Positions 1-9,474 of a DNA stretch of 64,000 nt are shown here, one piece after another. The notes under the pieces are model-generated. The model had not been told where the DNA came from. It was given only the letters and a program-made list of their open reading frames with translations, and made no database searches. The stretch comes from an uncultured Planctomycetia bacterium (GTDB lineage: Bacteria > Omnitrophota > Gorgyraeia > VGKH01 > JBHPFN01). Each line of letters opens with the position of its first letter. The stretch's first letter is position 1. A program made the position numbers and the translations under genes. The stretch covers positions 21,929 through 85,928 of the forward strand of contig CAYOSQ010000005.1 of the NCBI GenBank assembly GCA_964406665.1. The letters are read 5' to 3'.

Positions 1-1
1 T

Positions 2-868
2 GTTTATGGCTTAACGTCTAATTTTGATGAATACAAGAAAAGAATTTTTACTGAGGATGATTCTAGAGCTTATGCCATAAAGTTCTTTGTTAAGGGTTAT
101 GAATATGAATTGTTGGGGTTGTTTAAGTCTGACATTCACCTTTTTGGAGTCAATGAGCGTTCTCGTATATATCTTTGGGGAGCTGATTCTAGAGGGAGAG
201 ACTTGTTTACTCGTATAATTCATGGTTCACGTATATCTCTTAGCATAGGTTTGATTGGGGTAACATTTGCTTTTGTTATTGGTTTACTTGTGGGTGGGAT
301 ATCCGGTTATTACGGAGGTAAGACCGATAATATTATAATGAGAATTTGCGAGATGATTATGATGGTACCAGGATTTTATTTAATGCTTGCTCTTCGAGCT
401 GCTTTTCCACCTAATTTAAGTTCTTTTCAGATTTATATTCTAATAGTTCTTATTTTTTCTTTTATCGGCTGGGCTGGAATGGCAAGGGTTATTAGAGGCA
501 TGAGTATTTCTTTAAGAGAAAGGGAGTATGTTCTTGCTGCTAAGGCTTTAGGTATATCTGATATAAAAATTATCTTCAAGCATATTTTGCCGCATACTCT
601 TTCTTATACGATAGTGGCAGCTACTATGTCTATTCCAGGATATATTTTAGGCGAATCCGGATTAAGTTTTCTAGGATTGGGTATTCAGGATCCACAGGCT
701 AGCTGGGGAAATCTTCTCTCAGAAGCGATGGGAATTGCGCAGATTAAATTTCATCCCTGGATATTGTTGCCAGGGTTGTTTATTTTTATAACTGTAATTT
801 CTTTTAATTTATTTGGGGATTGCTTAAGGGATGTACTTGATCCAAAATTAAAATCTGAGGTTAAGTAG
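2..868 (+). CDS. Oligopeptide/dipeptide ABC transporter permease (OppC/DppC family), 5'-partial; the reading frame is open to the window start
   Basis: The frame is open from nt 2. Translation shows an OppC-type N-terminal region and the binding-protein-dependent permease core (EAA-like loop 'AAKALGISDIKIIFKHILPH'). Directly followed by two ABC ATPase genes. Confidence 0.8.
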   Translation, partial: VYGLTSNFDEYKKRIFTEDDSRAYAIKFFVKGYEYELLGLFKSDIHLFGVNERSRIYLWGADSRGRDLFTRIIHGSRISLSIGLIGVTFAFVIGLLVGGISGYYGGKTDNIIMRICEMIMMVPGFYLMLALRAAFPPNLSSFQIYILIVLIFSFIGWAGMARVIRGMSISLREREYVLAAKALGISDIKIIFKHILPHTLSYTIVAATMSIPGYILGESGLSFLGLGIQDPQASWGNLLSEAMGIAQIKFHPWILLPGLFIFITVISFNLFGDCLRDVLDPKLKSEVK

Positions 869-869
869 T

Positions 870-1652
870 ATGATAGAGCCACTTCTCAGTATCCAAAATT
901 TAGGCTTAAGTTTTTTCATAAATAGCAAAATCAAGAATATTGTAGAGGGGTTATCTCTAGATATTTATGAAAAAGAGATTGTAGCTCTTGTAGGTGGATC
1001 AGGCAGTGGTAAAACGCTTACAGGTCTTTCTATTTTGAAGTTACTTCCTCAGCAGGCAAAAGCTGCAGGTAAGATTATCTGGCAGGGAGTTGATTTAATG
1101 GAGTTGTCAGAGAAAAGAATGGGATTAATTAGAGGAAAAGAAATTAGCATGGTGTTTCAGGAGCCGTTAAGCAGCCTTAATCCTGTTTTTACCATAGGCT
1201 ATCAAATTGACGAAGTAGTTAAGCTTCATGCTAAAAAGAGAGGTAGAGACGTAAAAGAGTATTCAATTGAACTTCTCAATAAAGTTGGTATTCCTGATCC
1301 CAAAAAAACAATCGACGATTATCCTCATCAGCTTAGCGGTGGCATGCGTCAAAGGGCAATGATAGCTATGAGCATTGCGGCTAATCCTAGGCTGTTGATT
1401 GCTGATGAACCAACAAGTAATTTAGATGTAACTATACAGGCACAAATATTAGAACTATTTTCTAAATTAAAAGATGATTTAAATATCTCAATTATTTTAA
1501 TTACGCATGATTTAAGTATAGTTAAGCATTTATCGGACAGGGTTGCTGTTATGCATAAAGGAAAGATAGTTGAATGTGGCAAAACAGATGGTTTACTGGA
1601 AAATCCTCAACATTATTATACGCGTGATTTACTGGAAGCGGTGAAAATCTAA
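870..1652 (+). CDS. Oligopeptide/dipeptide ABC transporter ATP-binding protein (OppD/DppD-like)
   Basis: Walker A 'GGSGSGKT', ABC signature 'LSGGMRQR', Walker B 'LLIADEPTSNLD'. Translationally coupled to the permease upstream. Confidence 0.85.
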   Translation: MIEPLLSIQNLGLSFFINSKIKNIVEGLSLDIYEKEIVALVGGSGSGKTLTGLSILKLLPQQAKAAGKIIWQGVDLMELSEKRMGLIRGKEISMVFQEPLSSLNPVFTIGYQIDEVVKLHAKKRGRDVKEYSIELLNKVGIPDPKKTIDDYPHQLSGGMRQRAMIAMSIAANPRLLIADEPTSNLDVTIQAQILELFSKLKDDLNISIILITHDLSIVKHLSDRVAVMHKGKIVECGKTDGLLENPQHYYTRDLLEAVKI

Positions 1653-2605
1653 TGAGCAAAGTTGTTTTAGATTTAAAAAATGTCTGTAAAGATTTCTCAA
1701 TTAAAAGAGGAATTTTTAAGAGGTCTGCAGGTTGTATAAAAGCGGTTAACAATGTATCGTTTTCTCTGAGCGAAAAAGAAACTTTAGGATTGGTGGGGGA
1801 ATCTGGTTGTGGAAAAACTACATTAGCCAGGGCTATTATTCGGTTAATAGACTCCAATAAAGGAGAAATTGTTTTTAACGGTATTAACTTAGCCAAAATT
1901 TCTAAACGTAAAATTCGTCCCTTGCGTCAGCATATGCAGATAGTTTTTCAGGATCCATATACTAGTTTAGATCCATTATATAAAGTCAAAGATATTATTG
2001 CCGAGGCAATTTTATCTTTTTGGAAAATGGATCAACTGGTGGTTTTAGATAGGGTCAAGGAATTATTGGAATTGGTCAAGCTTCCTCCGGATGTACTGTA
2101 CCGTTATCCGCATGAGTTTAGTGGAGGAGAGCGTCAACGTATTGCTATAGCTCGAAGTTTAGCAACTAATCCTAAGCTGCTTATTTTAGATGAGGCAGTA
2201 TCTAGTCTTGATGTGGTAATTCAGTCTCAAATTATTAGGCTGTTGCTAGAATTGCAAGAGAAGTTAGGATTAACGTATTTATTTATTTCGCATAATTTAA
2301 GAGTTATCAGGGCAGTAAGCACGAAAATTGCTGTGATGTATTTAGGTAAAATTGTTGAAATGGCAGAAACTGAAGAATTGCTTAATCATAAATTACATCC
2401 TTATGCAGAAGCACTTTTTCTTGCTGCGATAGAGATGAAGTCTACGGTAGCTGAAACAGCAGAAATTAAAGAACAGAAAATAAAAGGTTGTCCGTATAGC
2501 CCTAGATGTAAGTTTGCCCAAAATATTTGTCGAGAAGAAGAGCCGGAATTAAAAGAAATCTCTGGCGGACATATGGTTGCTTGTCATTTTCCGCTTGGTA
2601 AATAA
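1652..2605 (+). CDS. Oligopeptide/dipeptide ABC transporter ATP-binding protein (OppF/DppF-like) with C-terminal oligopeptide-transporter Cys motif
   Basis: Walker A 'GESGCGKT', signature 'FSGGERQR', Walker B 'LLILDEAVSSLD'. C-terminal 'CPYSPRCKFAQNIC' extension is typical of OppF/DppF. Confidence 0.85.
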   Translation: MSKVVLDLKNVCKDFSIKRGIFKRSAGCIKAVNNVSFSLSEKETLGLVGESGCGKTTLARAIIRLIDSNKGEIVFNGINLAKISKRKIRPLRQHMQIVFQDPYTSLDPLYKVKDIIAEAILSFWKMDQLVVLDRVKELLELVKLPPDVLYRYPHEFSGGERQRIAIARSLATNPKLLILDEAVSSLDVVIQSQIIRLLLELQEKLGLTYLFISHNLRVIRAVSTKIAVMYLGKIVEMAETEELLNHKLHPYAEALFLAAIEMKSTVAETAEIKEQKIKGCPYSPRCKFAQNICREEEPELKEISGGHMVACHFPLGK

Positions 2606-2677
2606 GTTTGTAAATCATTAGATATATTCTTGAAAATAAAAATTTTATAGTATATAATAATCCTACTTTCCTAAGGA

Positions 2678-3142
2678 GTGCTTAAATTTATGTTAAGAAA
2701 AGCTAGGCTTGATGATGCAGATGTAATCAAATCTTTAATAGATTTTTATGCTAAAGAAGATCTTATGATTCCTCGTTCTCTTAACGAGATATACGAGAAC
2801 ATCAGGGATTTTTGGGTATACCAGGAAAATGACACTATTGTTGGTTGTTGTGCCCTGCACGTATTTGGCTGGGAAGGTTTAGCAGAAATAAAATCGTTCG
2901 CGGTTGATCAAGCACATCATAAAAAAGGCATCGGCAAAGAGTTAATCTCGTGTTGTTTAAAAGATGCGACAGAGCTAAGAATAAAAAAAATATTTGTTTT
3001 AACATACGTACCAGAGTTTTTTGAAAAGTTTGGTTTTTCCAGGGTGGATAAATCAATGTTCCCGCAGAAGATTTGGGCCGAGTGTTGCAACTGTCCTAAA
3101 TTTCCAGATTGTAAAGAAATTGCACTTATTAAGAAGTTATAA
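2678..3142 (+). CDS. GNAT family N-acetyltransferase (short ArgA-like amino-acid N-acetyltransferase)
   Basis: 154 aa. GNAT acetyl-CoA motif 'HHKKGIGKELI'. Resembles single-domain N-acetylglutamate synthases. A TTGAAA-17-TATAAT-like promoter precedes it at about 2628-2660. Confidence 0.55.
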   Translation: MLKFMLRKARLDDADVIKSLIDFYAKEDLMIPRSLNEIYENIRDFWVYQENDTIVGCCALHVFGWEGLAEIKSFAVDQAHHKKGIGKELISCCLKDATELRIKKIFVLTYVPEFFEKFGFSRVDKSMFPQKIWAECCNCPKFPDCKEIALIKKL

Positions 3143-3153
3143 AGGAGGAAGTA

Positions 3154-4311
3154 ATGGATTATATGTTGACTGAAGAACAGATAATGATTAAAGATTTATG
3201 TAAACAGATCGCCGATGAAAAGATTCGTCCGAAAGCTGCGGAATATGATCAAAGTGAACAGTTTCCCGCAGATATTATGAAGATACTGGCACAGTCAGAT
3301 CTTTTTGGGATTTTTGTCCCAGAAGAATACGGTGGAACCGGCGTAAATGTATTAAGTCTATGTCTGGCTACAGAAGAATTTTCTAAGGCCTGCGGAGGTA
3401 TCGCTGTTTGCTATGCTGCGTCTGCTTTGGGTACTTTTCCTATAATTCTTTTTGGGAATGAGGAGCAGAAGAAAAAATATCTACCACCTCTGGCAAAGGG
3501 AGAAAAGATTGCTGCCTTTGGAATAACAGAGCCTGCTGCAGGTTCTGATGCAAGTGCGATTCAAACCACTGCGAAGAAAGCTGGCGACCACTATATTTTA
3601 AATGGAACAAAACATTTTATTACAAATGGCGGCGATGCCGAGATATATGTTGTCATAGCTATGACAGATAAATCAAAAGGTCCGCGTGGTGCATCTGCAT
3701 TTATCGTTGAGAAAGGTACACCCGGTTTTGAATTCGGTAAAAAAGAAGATAAGATGGGTATACGTGCATCTTCTACTAGTGAGTTAATCTTTACTGATTG
3801 TAAGATCCCTAAGGAAAATCTTCTAGCCCGCGAAGGGATGGGTTTTATCGTAACAATGAAGACTTTTGATATGAGTCGTCCCGGAGTTGCTGCTCAAGCT
3901 TTAGGGATTGCTCAAGGTGCTCTTGATGAGGCGGTAAAATACGCCAAAGAGCGTGAGCAATTTGGTAAGAATATAGGAAACTTTCAGGGGATTCAATGGA
4001 TGCTTGCTGATATGGCAACAGAAGTAGAAGCCGCTAGAGCTCTTGTTTATTCGGTTGCCCGCATGCTTGATAATGGTAATACAAAAGTCGCTAAAGAATC
4101 AGCAATGGCAAAGATGTATGCGTCAGATGTTGCTATGCGCGTCTCTACAGATGCTGTTCAGATTCTTGGTGGTTATGGCTATATGAAAGATTATCCAGTC
4201 GAGAAGTATATGCGTGATGCTAAGATTACCCAGATTTATGAGGGGACTAATCAAATCCAAAGAAACATAATCGCATTAAATCTTTTTAAGGAGCTAGCTT
4301 CGAGAAAGTAA
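3154..4311 (+). CDS. Acyl-CoA dehydrogenase (short-chain/butyryl-CoA dehydrogenase-like)
   Basis: 385 aa with canonical ACAD blocks ('AFGITEPAAGSD', 'YEGTNQIQR', catalytic Glu near the C-terminus). RBS 'aaggaggaag' upstream. Confidence 0.9.
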   Translation: MDYMLTEEQIMIKDLCKQIADEKIRPKAAEYDQSEQFPADIMKILAQSDLFGIFVPEEYGGTGVNVLSLCLATEEFSKACGGIAVCYAASALGTFPIILFGNEEQKKKYLPPLAKGEKIAAFGITEPAAGSDASAIQTTAKKAGDHYILNGTKHFITNGGDAEIYVVIAMTDKSKGPRGASAFIVEKGTPGFEFGKKEDKMGIRASSTSELIFTDCKIPKENLLAREGMGFIVTMKTFDMSRPGVAAQALGIAQGALDEAVKYAKEREQFGKNIGNFQGIQWMLADMATEVEAARALVYSVARMLDNGNTKVAKESAMAKMYASDVAMRVSTDAVQILGGYGYMKDYPVEKYMRDAKITQIYEGTNQIQRNIIALNLFKELASRK

Positions 4312-4337
4312 ATTTATTGTATACCAGGTTATTAAAA

Positions 4338-4370
4338 GGCGTTTTGGCTGAATTACCAGAGCGCCTTTTT
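4338..4370 (+). terminator. Rho-independent terminator downstream of the acyl-CoA dehydrogenase
   Basis: GGCGTTTTGG...CCAGAGCGCC imperfect hairpin followed by TTTTT. Confidence 0.6.
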
Positions 4371-4452
4371 CATCTTGCCAAATTTACAAAAAAGATGTAA
4401 TATATTTATCTATTGAAGGTATCTTTTAGAGGAAATATAAAAAGGAGGAATC

Positions 4453-5007
4453 ATGGTATTTGGAATAGTTTTATTAGTACTTATACTGATTCTTATTGGA
4501 TGGTTTTTTGGAGTTTATAATTCATTAGTCAAGTTAAGGGTTAGGATTAAAAACGCTTGGTCGCAGATAGATGTTCAGCTTAAGCGTCGCCATGATCTTA
4601 TTCCTAATCTTGTAGAGACCGCTAAGGGATATATGGCACATGAGAAAGATACCCTTGAGAAAGTTATTAAGGCGCGTACTCAGGCAATTGATGCATCAAA
4701 TTTAAAGGATAAGGCTCAGGCTGAGAATTTTCTCACCCAGACTTTACGTTCATTGTTTGCTGTATCAGAGAGATATCCAGATCTTAAGGCAAACCAGAAT
4801 ATGTTAAAACTTCAGGAAGAGCTTACTTCAACGGAAAATAAGATTGCTTTTGCCCGGCAATATTATAACGACGAAGTTATGCGTTTTAATACTGCTATTC
4901 AGGTGGTGCCTAATAATATAGTCTCTGGCATGTGTAATTTTACTAAGGAAGAATTCTTCGAAATAGAAGATGCTTCGCAAAAAGAAACTCCTGAGGTAAA
5001 ATTCTAA
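4453..5007 (+). CDS. lemA: LemA family protein
   Basis: N-terminal TM helix followed by the LemA signature ('NSLVKLRVRIKNAWSQIDVQLKRRHDLIPNLVETAKGY'). Confidence 0.85.
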   Translation: MVFGIVLLVLILILIGWFFGVYNSLVKLRVRIKNAWSQIDVQLKRRHDLIPNLVETAKGYMAHEKDTLEKVIKARTQAIDASNLKDKAQAENFLTQTLRSLFAVSERYPDLKANQNMLKLQEELTSTENKIAFARQYYNDEVMRFNTAIQVVPNNIVSGMCNFTKEEFFEIEDASQKETPEVKF

Positions 5008-5033
5008 ATCCTTAAAACTTTTCTTAAAAACAT

Positions 5034-6698
5034 ATGCCTTTTTCCTTTATAGATATAGAAGAGAAAAAGAGCAGGCTGATATTTCTTGTATTTGCCTCTT
5101 TAATAGTTTTCTATTTTGCCACTGCCTGGCTTTTGGTTTTAGTGGTCAAAAATACCACGTTTCTTTATTACAGCAGTTCCAGAATAACGAAGTTTACTTT
5201 CCCTACAGCAAATCAAACATTCATAGCGTTAATAGTTGCATTTGTGGCCGGTTTGACTCACTGGGCATTTTCAACGCATAATCTTATCCAGAAAATCACC
5301 TCTTCGGTCGATGCTTATTTTGCAGATTCTAAGGATACGTATCATCAGTATTTAAAAAACATTGTAGATGAGGTTTCTGTTGCAGTAGGAGGGAGAAATA
5401 TTGATGCCTATGTTATCCCCTCGTCTGCAATGAATGCATTCTCAATCGCCGATTTTGAGGGTAATGCTGTAATCGGAGCAACAGAAGGTTTGCTTGCCCG
5501 TTTAAACAGGGCACAGATTGAAGCTGTAGTTGGGCATGAAGCTGCTCATATCGTAAGCGGTGATTGTCTTAACGCAACTTTAATATGTTCTTTATCTGAG
5601 CTTTACAGAGAATCATTCTCGAAATTATCTCAAGCAATAAGGGGTTCGCGTGGTAGAGGAGGTATACAGATAATGCCTGTTTTGTTAGTTCTTGGCATTA
5701 TGAATATTCTAAATAAATTATTAAATAGTTTCATTTCGCGACAGAGAGAATATCGTGCTGATGCAGTTGCTGTTAGGCTTACGCGAGACCCTCTTAGCCT
5801 TGCCCAAGCTCTTAAGATTATATCAAGTAAATGGAACGGTGCAGGTTTAAGCGGAGAAAACCTGGAGTCAATTTTCATTGTAAGCCCGAAATTAAATGCT
5901 CTTGATGAAAAAGATGGTTTAGGACCAGATCTTTTTTCTACTCATCCACCAGTAAGAAAAAGAATACAGGTACTTTTAGATATTGCTCATGAGGATGAAA
6001 AAACATTAGAAGAAAATATCAAGAATATGAGAAGGGCTTCTCCGGTTGCTAAAGCAGAATTCACAACTGATAAGCCAAAAGATAAAAAGAAATGGTTTGT
6101 TTTTAAAGAGAGTAAGTGGCAAGGTCCTTTTGGAATTCCAGAATTGAGAACACTGCCGGGTTTTTTACCTACTGATTGGATAAAGCTCGAAGGTGTAAAT
6201 GGCGTATCTGATGCATTTCAAGATAAAGATATTGCAGAGATTTTTGAAGAAAATAATAGTGCTGCAAATGTAGAAAAAACAGGATGTGCATGTCCACATT
6301 GTCATGTTGGCTTAGCTGAAATTAATTATGAGGGTGCGCCAGCTTTTAAGTGTCTGCATTGTGAAGGTGTTTTTGTTGAGCACAGTAAGATCCCACGCAT
6401 ATTAATACGTAAGGATAAGGCTTTTTCAAAAGAAGTTGAGGAGTTAGCCAATGCAGTACACAAAACAAAAAAGCCGACGTATAAAGATTTTGATAAACAT
6501 AAGGGAAGCAAAAGCTGGGTTATTGATTGCCCAAAATGCCATAAAAAAATGAAGAGGCAATATTTTGTTTATTCATATCCAGTAGAAATTGATCGCTGCT
6601 GGAGTTGTAGTGGGATTTGGTTTGATAAGCAGGAGCTGGAAGTCTTACAGTATATCTATGAATATAAAGATAAGTTTTTTTCCGGAAAGCAATTTTAA
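5034..6698 (+). CDS. M48-family zinc metallopeptidase (HtpX-like) with two C-terminal zf-TFIIB-type zinc-ribbon domains
   Basis: N-terminal TM helices. HExxH 'HEAAHI' with downstream 'STHPPVRKRI' as the third-ligand region. C-terminus has two CxxC...CxxC ribbons ('CPHCHVGL...CLHCEGVFVE' and 'CPKCHKKM...CWSCSGIWFDKQELE'). Confidence 0.7.
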   Translation: MPFSFIDIEEKKSRLIFLVFASLIVFYFATAWLLVLVVKNTTFLYYSSSRITKFTFPTANQTFIALIVAFVAGLTHWAFSTHNLIQKITSSVDAYFADSKDTYHQYLKNIVDEVSVAVGGRNIDAYVIPSSAMNAFSIADFEGNAVIGATEGLLARLNRAQIEAVVGHEAAHIVSGDCLNATLICSLSELYRESFSKLSQAIRGSRGRGGIQIMPVLLVLGIMNILNKLLNSFISRQREYRADAVAVRLTRDPLSLAQALKIISSKWNGAGLSGENLESIFIVSPKLNALDEKDGLGPDLFSTHPPVRKRIQVLLDIAHEDEKTLEENIKNMRRASPVAKAEFTTDKPKDKKKWFVFKESKWQGPFGIPELRTLPGFLPTDWIKLEGVNGVSDAFQDKDIAEIFEENNSAANVEKTGCACPHCHVGLAEINYEGAPAFKCLHCEGVFVEHSKIPRILIRKDKAFSKEVEELANAVHKTKKPTYKDFDKHKGSKSWVIDCPKCHKKMKRQYFVYSYPVEIDRCWSCSGIWFDKQELEVLQYIYEYKDKFFSGKQF

Positions 6699-6712
6699 CC
6701 AAGGGGAAGTGG

Positions 6713-7426
6713 ATGGATTTTACTCAAATGATTAATAATTTGATGACTTCAGAAGGGGGAAGGCAGCTTTTATTTTTTGTCGGTTTTGCAGTTTTAATTG
6801 TATTTATTGTTGCAACAAGAATTATAGGGGAAAAGAAAAGAAGAGAAGCAGTGAGCAATTTAGCCAGAAGGTTAGGCTTTTCTTATTCAAGTGAGTTCAT
6901 TGGAGATGTCGTAAGTTCATGTGGAAACTTTGCACTTTTTGGAAAAGGTCATTCAAAGAAAGCTTATAATGTTCTAAAAGGTTATAGTCAGGATATTTCT
7001 TGGACGATCTTTGACTATAAATACACGGTTGGCCATGGTAAGCATTCTCATACTTATAATCAAACAGTTGCCTCTGCCGAATTATCCGGAGTTAATTTTC
7101 CAAAGTTTTCTTTAGCTCCAGAATCATTTTTTCATAAACTTGGTGATGTTTTTGGTTCTAAAGATATTGATTTTAATACTCATCCTATGTTTTCTAAGAA
7201 ATATCTTTTAAAAGGTTCTGATGAGCAGGCCATTAGAAATATTTTTGTTTCACACATATTAAACTATTTTGAGCAAAAGACAAATGTTCATAATATTGAG
7301 GCAGATGGAGATAAGTTTGTAATTTATGGTTATTGTAAAAGAGTGAAACCAGAAGATTTTCAAAAGTTTTTGTTTGAGATTTCTGGAGCAGCACGTATGT
7401 TAACAAGCGCTGCTTCAGCTCAATAG
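6713..7426 (+). CDS. Hypothetical membrane-anchored protein (single N-terminal TM, DUF-like)
   Basis: ORF with good RBS 'aaggggaagtgg'. N-terminal TM segment. No recognisable catalytic motif. Confidence 0.4.
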   Translation: MDFTQMINNLMTSEGGRQLLFFVGFAVLIVFIVATRIIGEKKRREAVSNLARRLGFSYSSEFIGDVVSSCGNFALFGKGHSKKAYNVLKGYSQDISWTIFDYKYTVGHGKHSHTYNQTVASAELSGVNFPKFSLAPESFFHKLGDVFGSKDIDFNTHPMFSKKYLLKGSDEQAIRNIFVSHILNYFEQKTNVHNIEADGDKFVIYGYCKRVKPEDFQKFLFEISGAARMLTSAASAQ

Positions 7427-7437
7427 AGGGAGAGCTT

Positions 7438-8082
7438 ATGTCCGAGAAAAAATTTGATATTTCAGATGCAATAAGTTTCGGATGGGAAACGGTTACAAAA
7501 AATATTGGTTTTTTTATCGCAGTAATGCTGACTATAGGTGCAGTAGCTATACTTTCAAATGTTCTGATGTGGTTTTTGAAAGAGGAGCCCTATGCAATTA
7601 GAACGATTGTTAGCTTGTTGTTTTGGGTAGGTCAGACAATGATTGGCTTAGGATTAGCTAAGATTGCTTTAAAATTTTGTGATGGTGAGGAAGTAAAGTT
7701 TGAAGATTTATTTTCTTGTTTTCCTATGACGCTTAATTATATTGCCGGTATGTTTATTTTCGGTTTAATTGTTATGGGGGGATTTATTTTGTTGATTGTA
7801 CCTGGAATAATCTTCGCAATTCAGTTTCAATTTTGGTTTTTGTTTATTATTGATAAAGGACGTGGTCCAATAGAATCTCTTAAAATGAGTGCAGAAATTA
7901 CTGAAGGAGTTAAGCCGGATCTGTTTGTTTTTGGAATACTGCTGAGTATGATTAATTTTGTTGGTTTTATTTGTTTATTTGTCGGCTCAATAGTTACGAT
8001 TCCACTTGTTACACTTGCTCATGTTTTTGTTTTTCGACAATTGTTAAATTATAGTGGGTCTAAAGATACTCAGCTGGCATAA
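7438..8082 (+). CDS. Hypothetical polytopic membrane protein (possibly GDPD-membrane-domain/DUF975-like)
   Basis: Several hydrophobic helices, translationally close to neighbours, RBS 'gagggagag'. Confidence 0.35.
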   Translation: MSEKKFDISDAISFGWETVTKNIGFFIAVMLTIGAVAILSNVLMWFLKEEPYAIRTIVSLLFWVGQTMIGLGLAKIALKFCDGEEVKFEDLFSCFPMTLNYIAGMFIFGLIVMGGFILLIVPGIIFAIQFQFWFLFIIDKGRGPIESLKMSAEITEGVKPDLFVFGILLSMINFVGFICLFVGSIVTIPLVTLAHVFVFRQLLNYSGSKDTQLA

Positions 8083-8091
8083 AGGAGAGGG

Positions 8092-8283
8092 ATGTTCACA
8101 ATTCTAATTTTGAATTTGATTATTGCAGCTATAGGATTTTTTGCAACCGCTAATATAATAAAACCTACTTCACGTAGAGTTATTACCTGGATAGCTATTT
8201 TGATAGTATTGAGTGTTATTGAGTTTTTTGTTTTATCGAAACTGATCGTGGATAGTTATTCAGGAGTTAAATATATTAACTAG
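8092..8283 (+). CDS. Small two-helix membrane protein, hypothetical
   Basis: 63-aa ORF with RBS 'aaggagaggg' and two hydrophobic stretches. Confidence 0.3.
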   Translation: MFTILILNLIIAAIGFFATANIIKPTSRRVITWIAILIVLSVIEFFVLSKLIVDSYSGVKYIN

Positions 8284-8299
8284 ATAGTCAAAGACGTTT

Positions 8300-9055
8300 C
8301 TACTTGGCTTTTCCCTGATTTGCAACAGCCTCCATAGCTTTTTTTACTTTTTCCGGATCCCCCAAATAATAACGGTTAAGCGGCTTAAGATTTTCATCTA
8401 GCTCATATACTAGTGGCATGCCAGTAGGTATGTTAAGACTTACAATTTTTTCATCAGAAACATTATCTAGATATTTTACCAAAGCACGCAGGCTGTTTCC
8501 ATGGGCAGCGATGAGAACTTTTTTTCCTGATTTTATTGTTGGTGTAATAGTTTCATGCCAGTAAGGCAGGAATCTTGCTACAGTATCTTTTAAGCACTCT
8601 GTTAGAGGCGTGTCTTTTTCAGCAAGATCTTTGTATCTAGGGTCGTTACCGGGGAAACGCTCGTCTGTTTTCTCAAGGACAGGAGGAGGGGTATCATAGC
8701 TTCTTCTCCAGACAAGCACTTGTTCATCACCATATTTTTTTGCAGTCTCAGATTTATTTAGTCCCTGGAGAGCACCATAGTGTCTTTCATTTAAACGCCA
8801 GGAGCGCAATACTGGTATCCACATCAGGTCCATTTCTTCCAGGGTTATCCACAATGTCTTTATAGCTCTTTTTAGCACGGAAGTAAAAGCGATATCAAAT
8901 TCATAACCTTCTTTTTTTAATACTTGTCCGGATTCATGTGCTTCTTGGGTTCCTTTTTCAGATAGGCCAACGTCTGTCCAGCCGGTAAATCTGTTTTCTT
9001 TATTCCATGTGCTTTCACCATGACGCAAGAGTACTACTTTAATCATTTTTCCCAT
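8300..9055 (-). CDS. gpmA: 2,3-bisphosphoglycerate-dependent phosphoglycerate mutase
   Basis: Catalytic '[21 protein letters not shown]' histidine-phosphatase motif and overall dPGM length. Confidence 0.9.
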   Translation of the reverse strand: MGKMIKVVLLRHGESTWNKENRFTGWTDVGLSEKGTQEAHESGQVLKKEGYEFDIAFTSVLKRAIKTLWITLEEMDLMWIPVLRSWRLNERHYGALQGLNKSETAKKYGDEQVLVWRRSYDTPPPVLEKTDERFPGNDPRYKDLAEKDTPLTECLKDTVARFLPYWHETITPTIKSGKKVLIAAHGNSLRALVKYLDNVSDEKIVSLNIPTGMPLVYELDENLKPLNRYYLGDPEKVKKAMEAVANQGKAK

Positions 9056-9261
9056 TTTTTCCTCCCAATAGAGTTTATTTCATTTAGTAGTGTTATTATA
9101 TAATAAATAATAATTATTACTATTATTTTTTCCTAAAAATATAAAAGATAACGCTTCCTTTATTTTCTCCACACCCCTTGAAAAGAGTCTATATTATGCT
9201 TTACTATATTATAGATAGACATATCCGAAAATTTCCTTTAGAATAAAGGAGACCTGTAGCT

Positions 9262-9360
9262 AAATTATTGGCAGGGGCAAACTTAGGGAAACCTAAGGAC
9301 GCAAAGTTTCGGGCCTAAAGAGAAGGATTCCAATGGCAGCCGAGCGTACCGAAAACGTGG
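9262..9360 (+). promoter_or_regulatory. c-di-GMP-I (GEMM) riboswitch aptamer
   Basis: Sequence 'GGCAGGGGCAAACUUAGGGAAACCUAAGGACGCAAAGUUUCGGGCCUAAAG...GCAGCCGAGCGUACCGA' matches the GEMM-I consensus nearly position by position. Matching blocks: GGGCAAAC, GNRA-capped P2 hairpin CUUAGG-GAAA-CCUAAG, GGACGCAAAG, CGGGCCUAAA, CAGCCG...UACCGA (compare the Vibrio Vc2 aptamer). Confidence 0.8.
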
Positions 9361-9385
9361 GAAAAATTATAAAAAATCTTTTAGA

Positions 9386-9416
9386 AGATTTAGCGCGTAA
9401 GTCTAAATTTTTTACT
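9386..9416 (+). terminator. Candidate riboswitch expression-platform terminator
   Basis: AGATTTAG-cgcgtaagt-CTAAATTT hairpin followed by a T-run. An overlapping alternative hairpin AATCTT/AAGATT sits immediately upstream (mutually exclusive pairing). Confidence 0.3.
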
Positions 9417-9474
9417 CTGTTTCTTTTTGGGAGCAGAGTTTTTATTTTGGCGAGAATTAAAAAAGGGGGAAGCA

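Noticed and set aside
1349-1896. Minus-strand ORFs 1349..1582 and 1549..1896
   Set aside because: Fully embedded antisense to the oppD/oppF ATPase genes, which have strong motif support. Typical spurious antisense frames.
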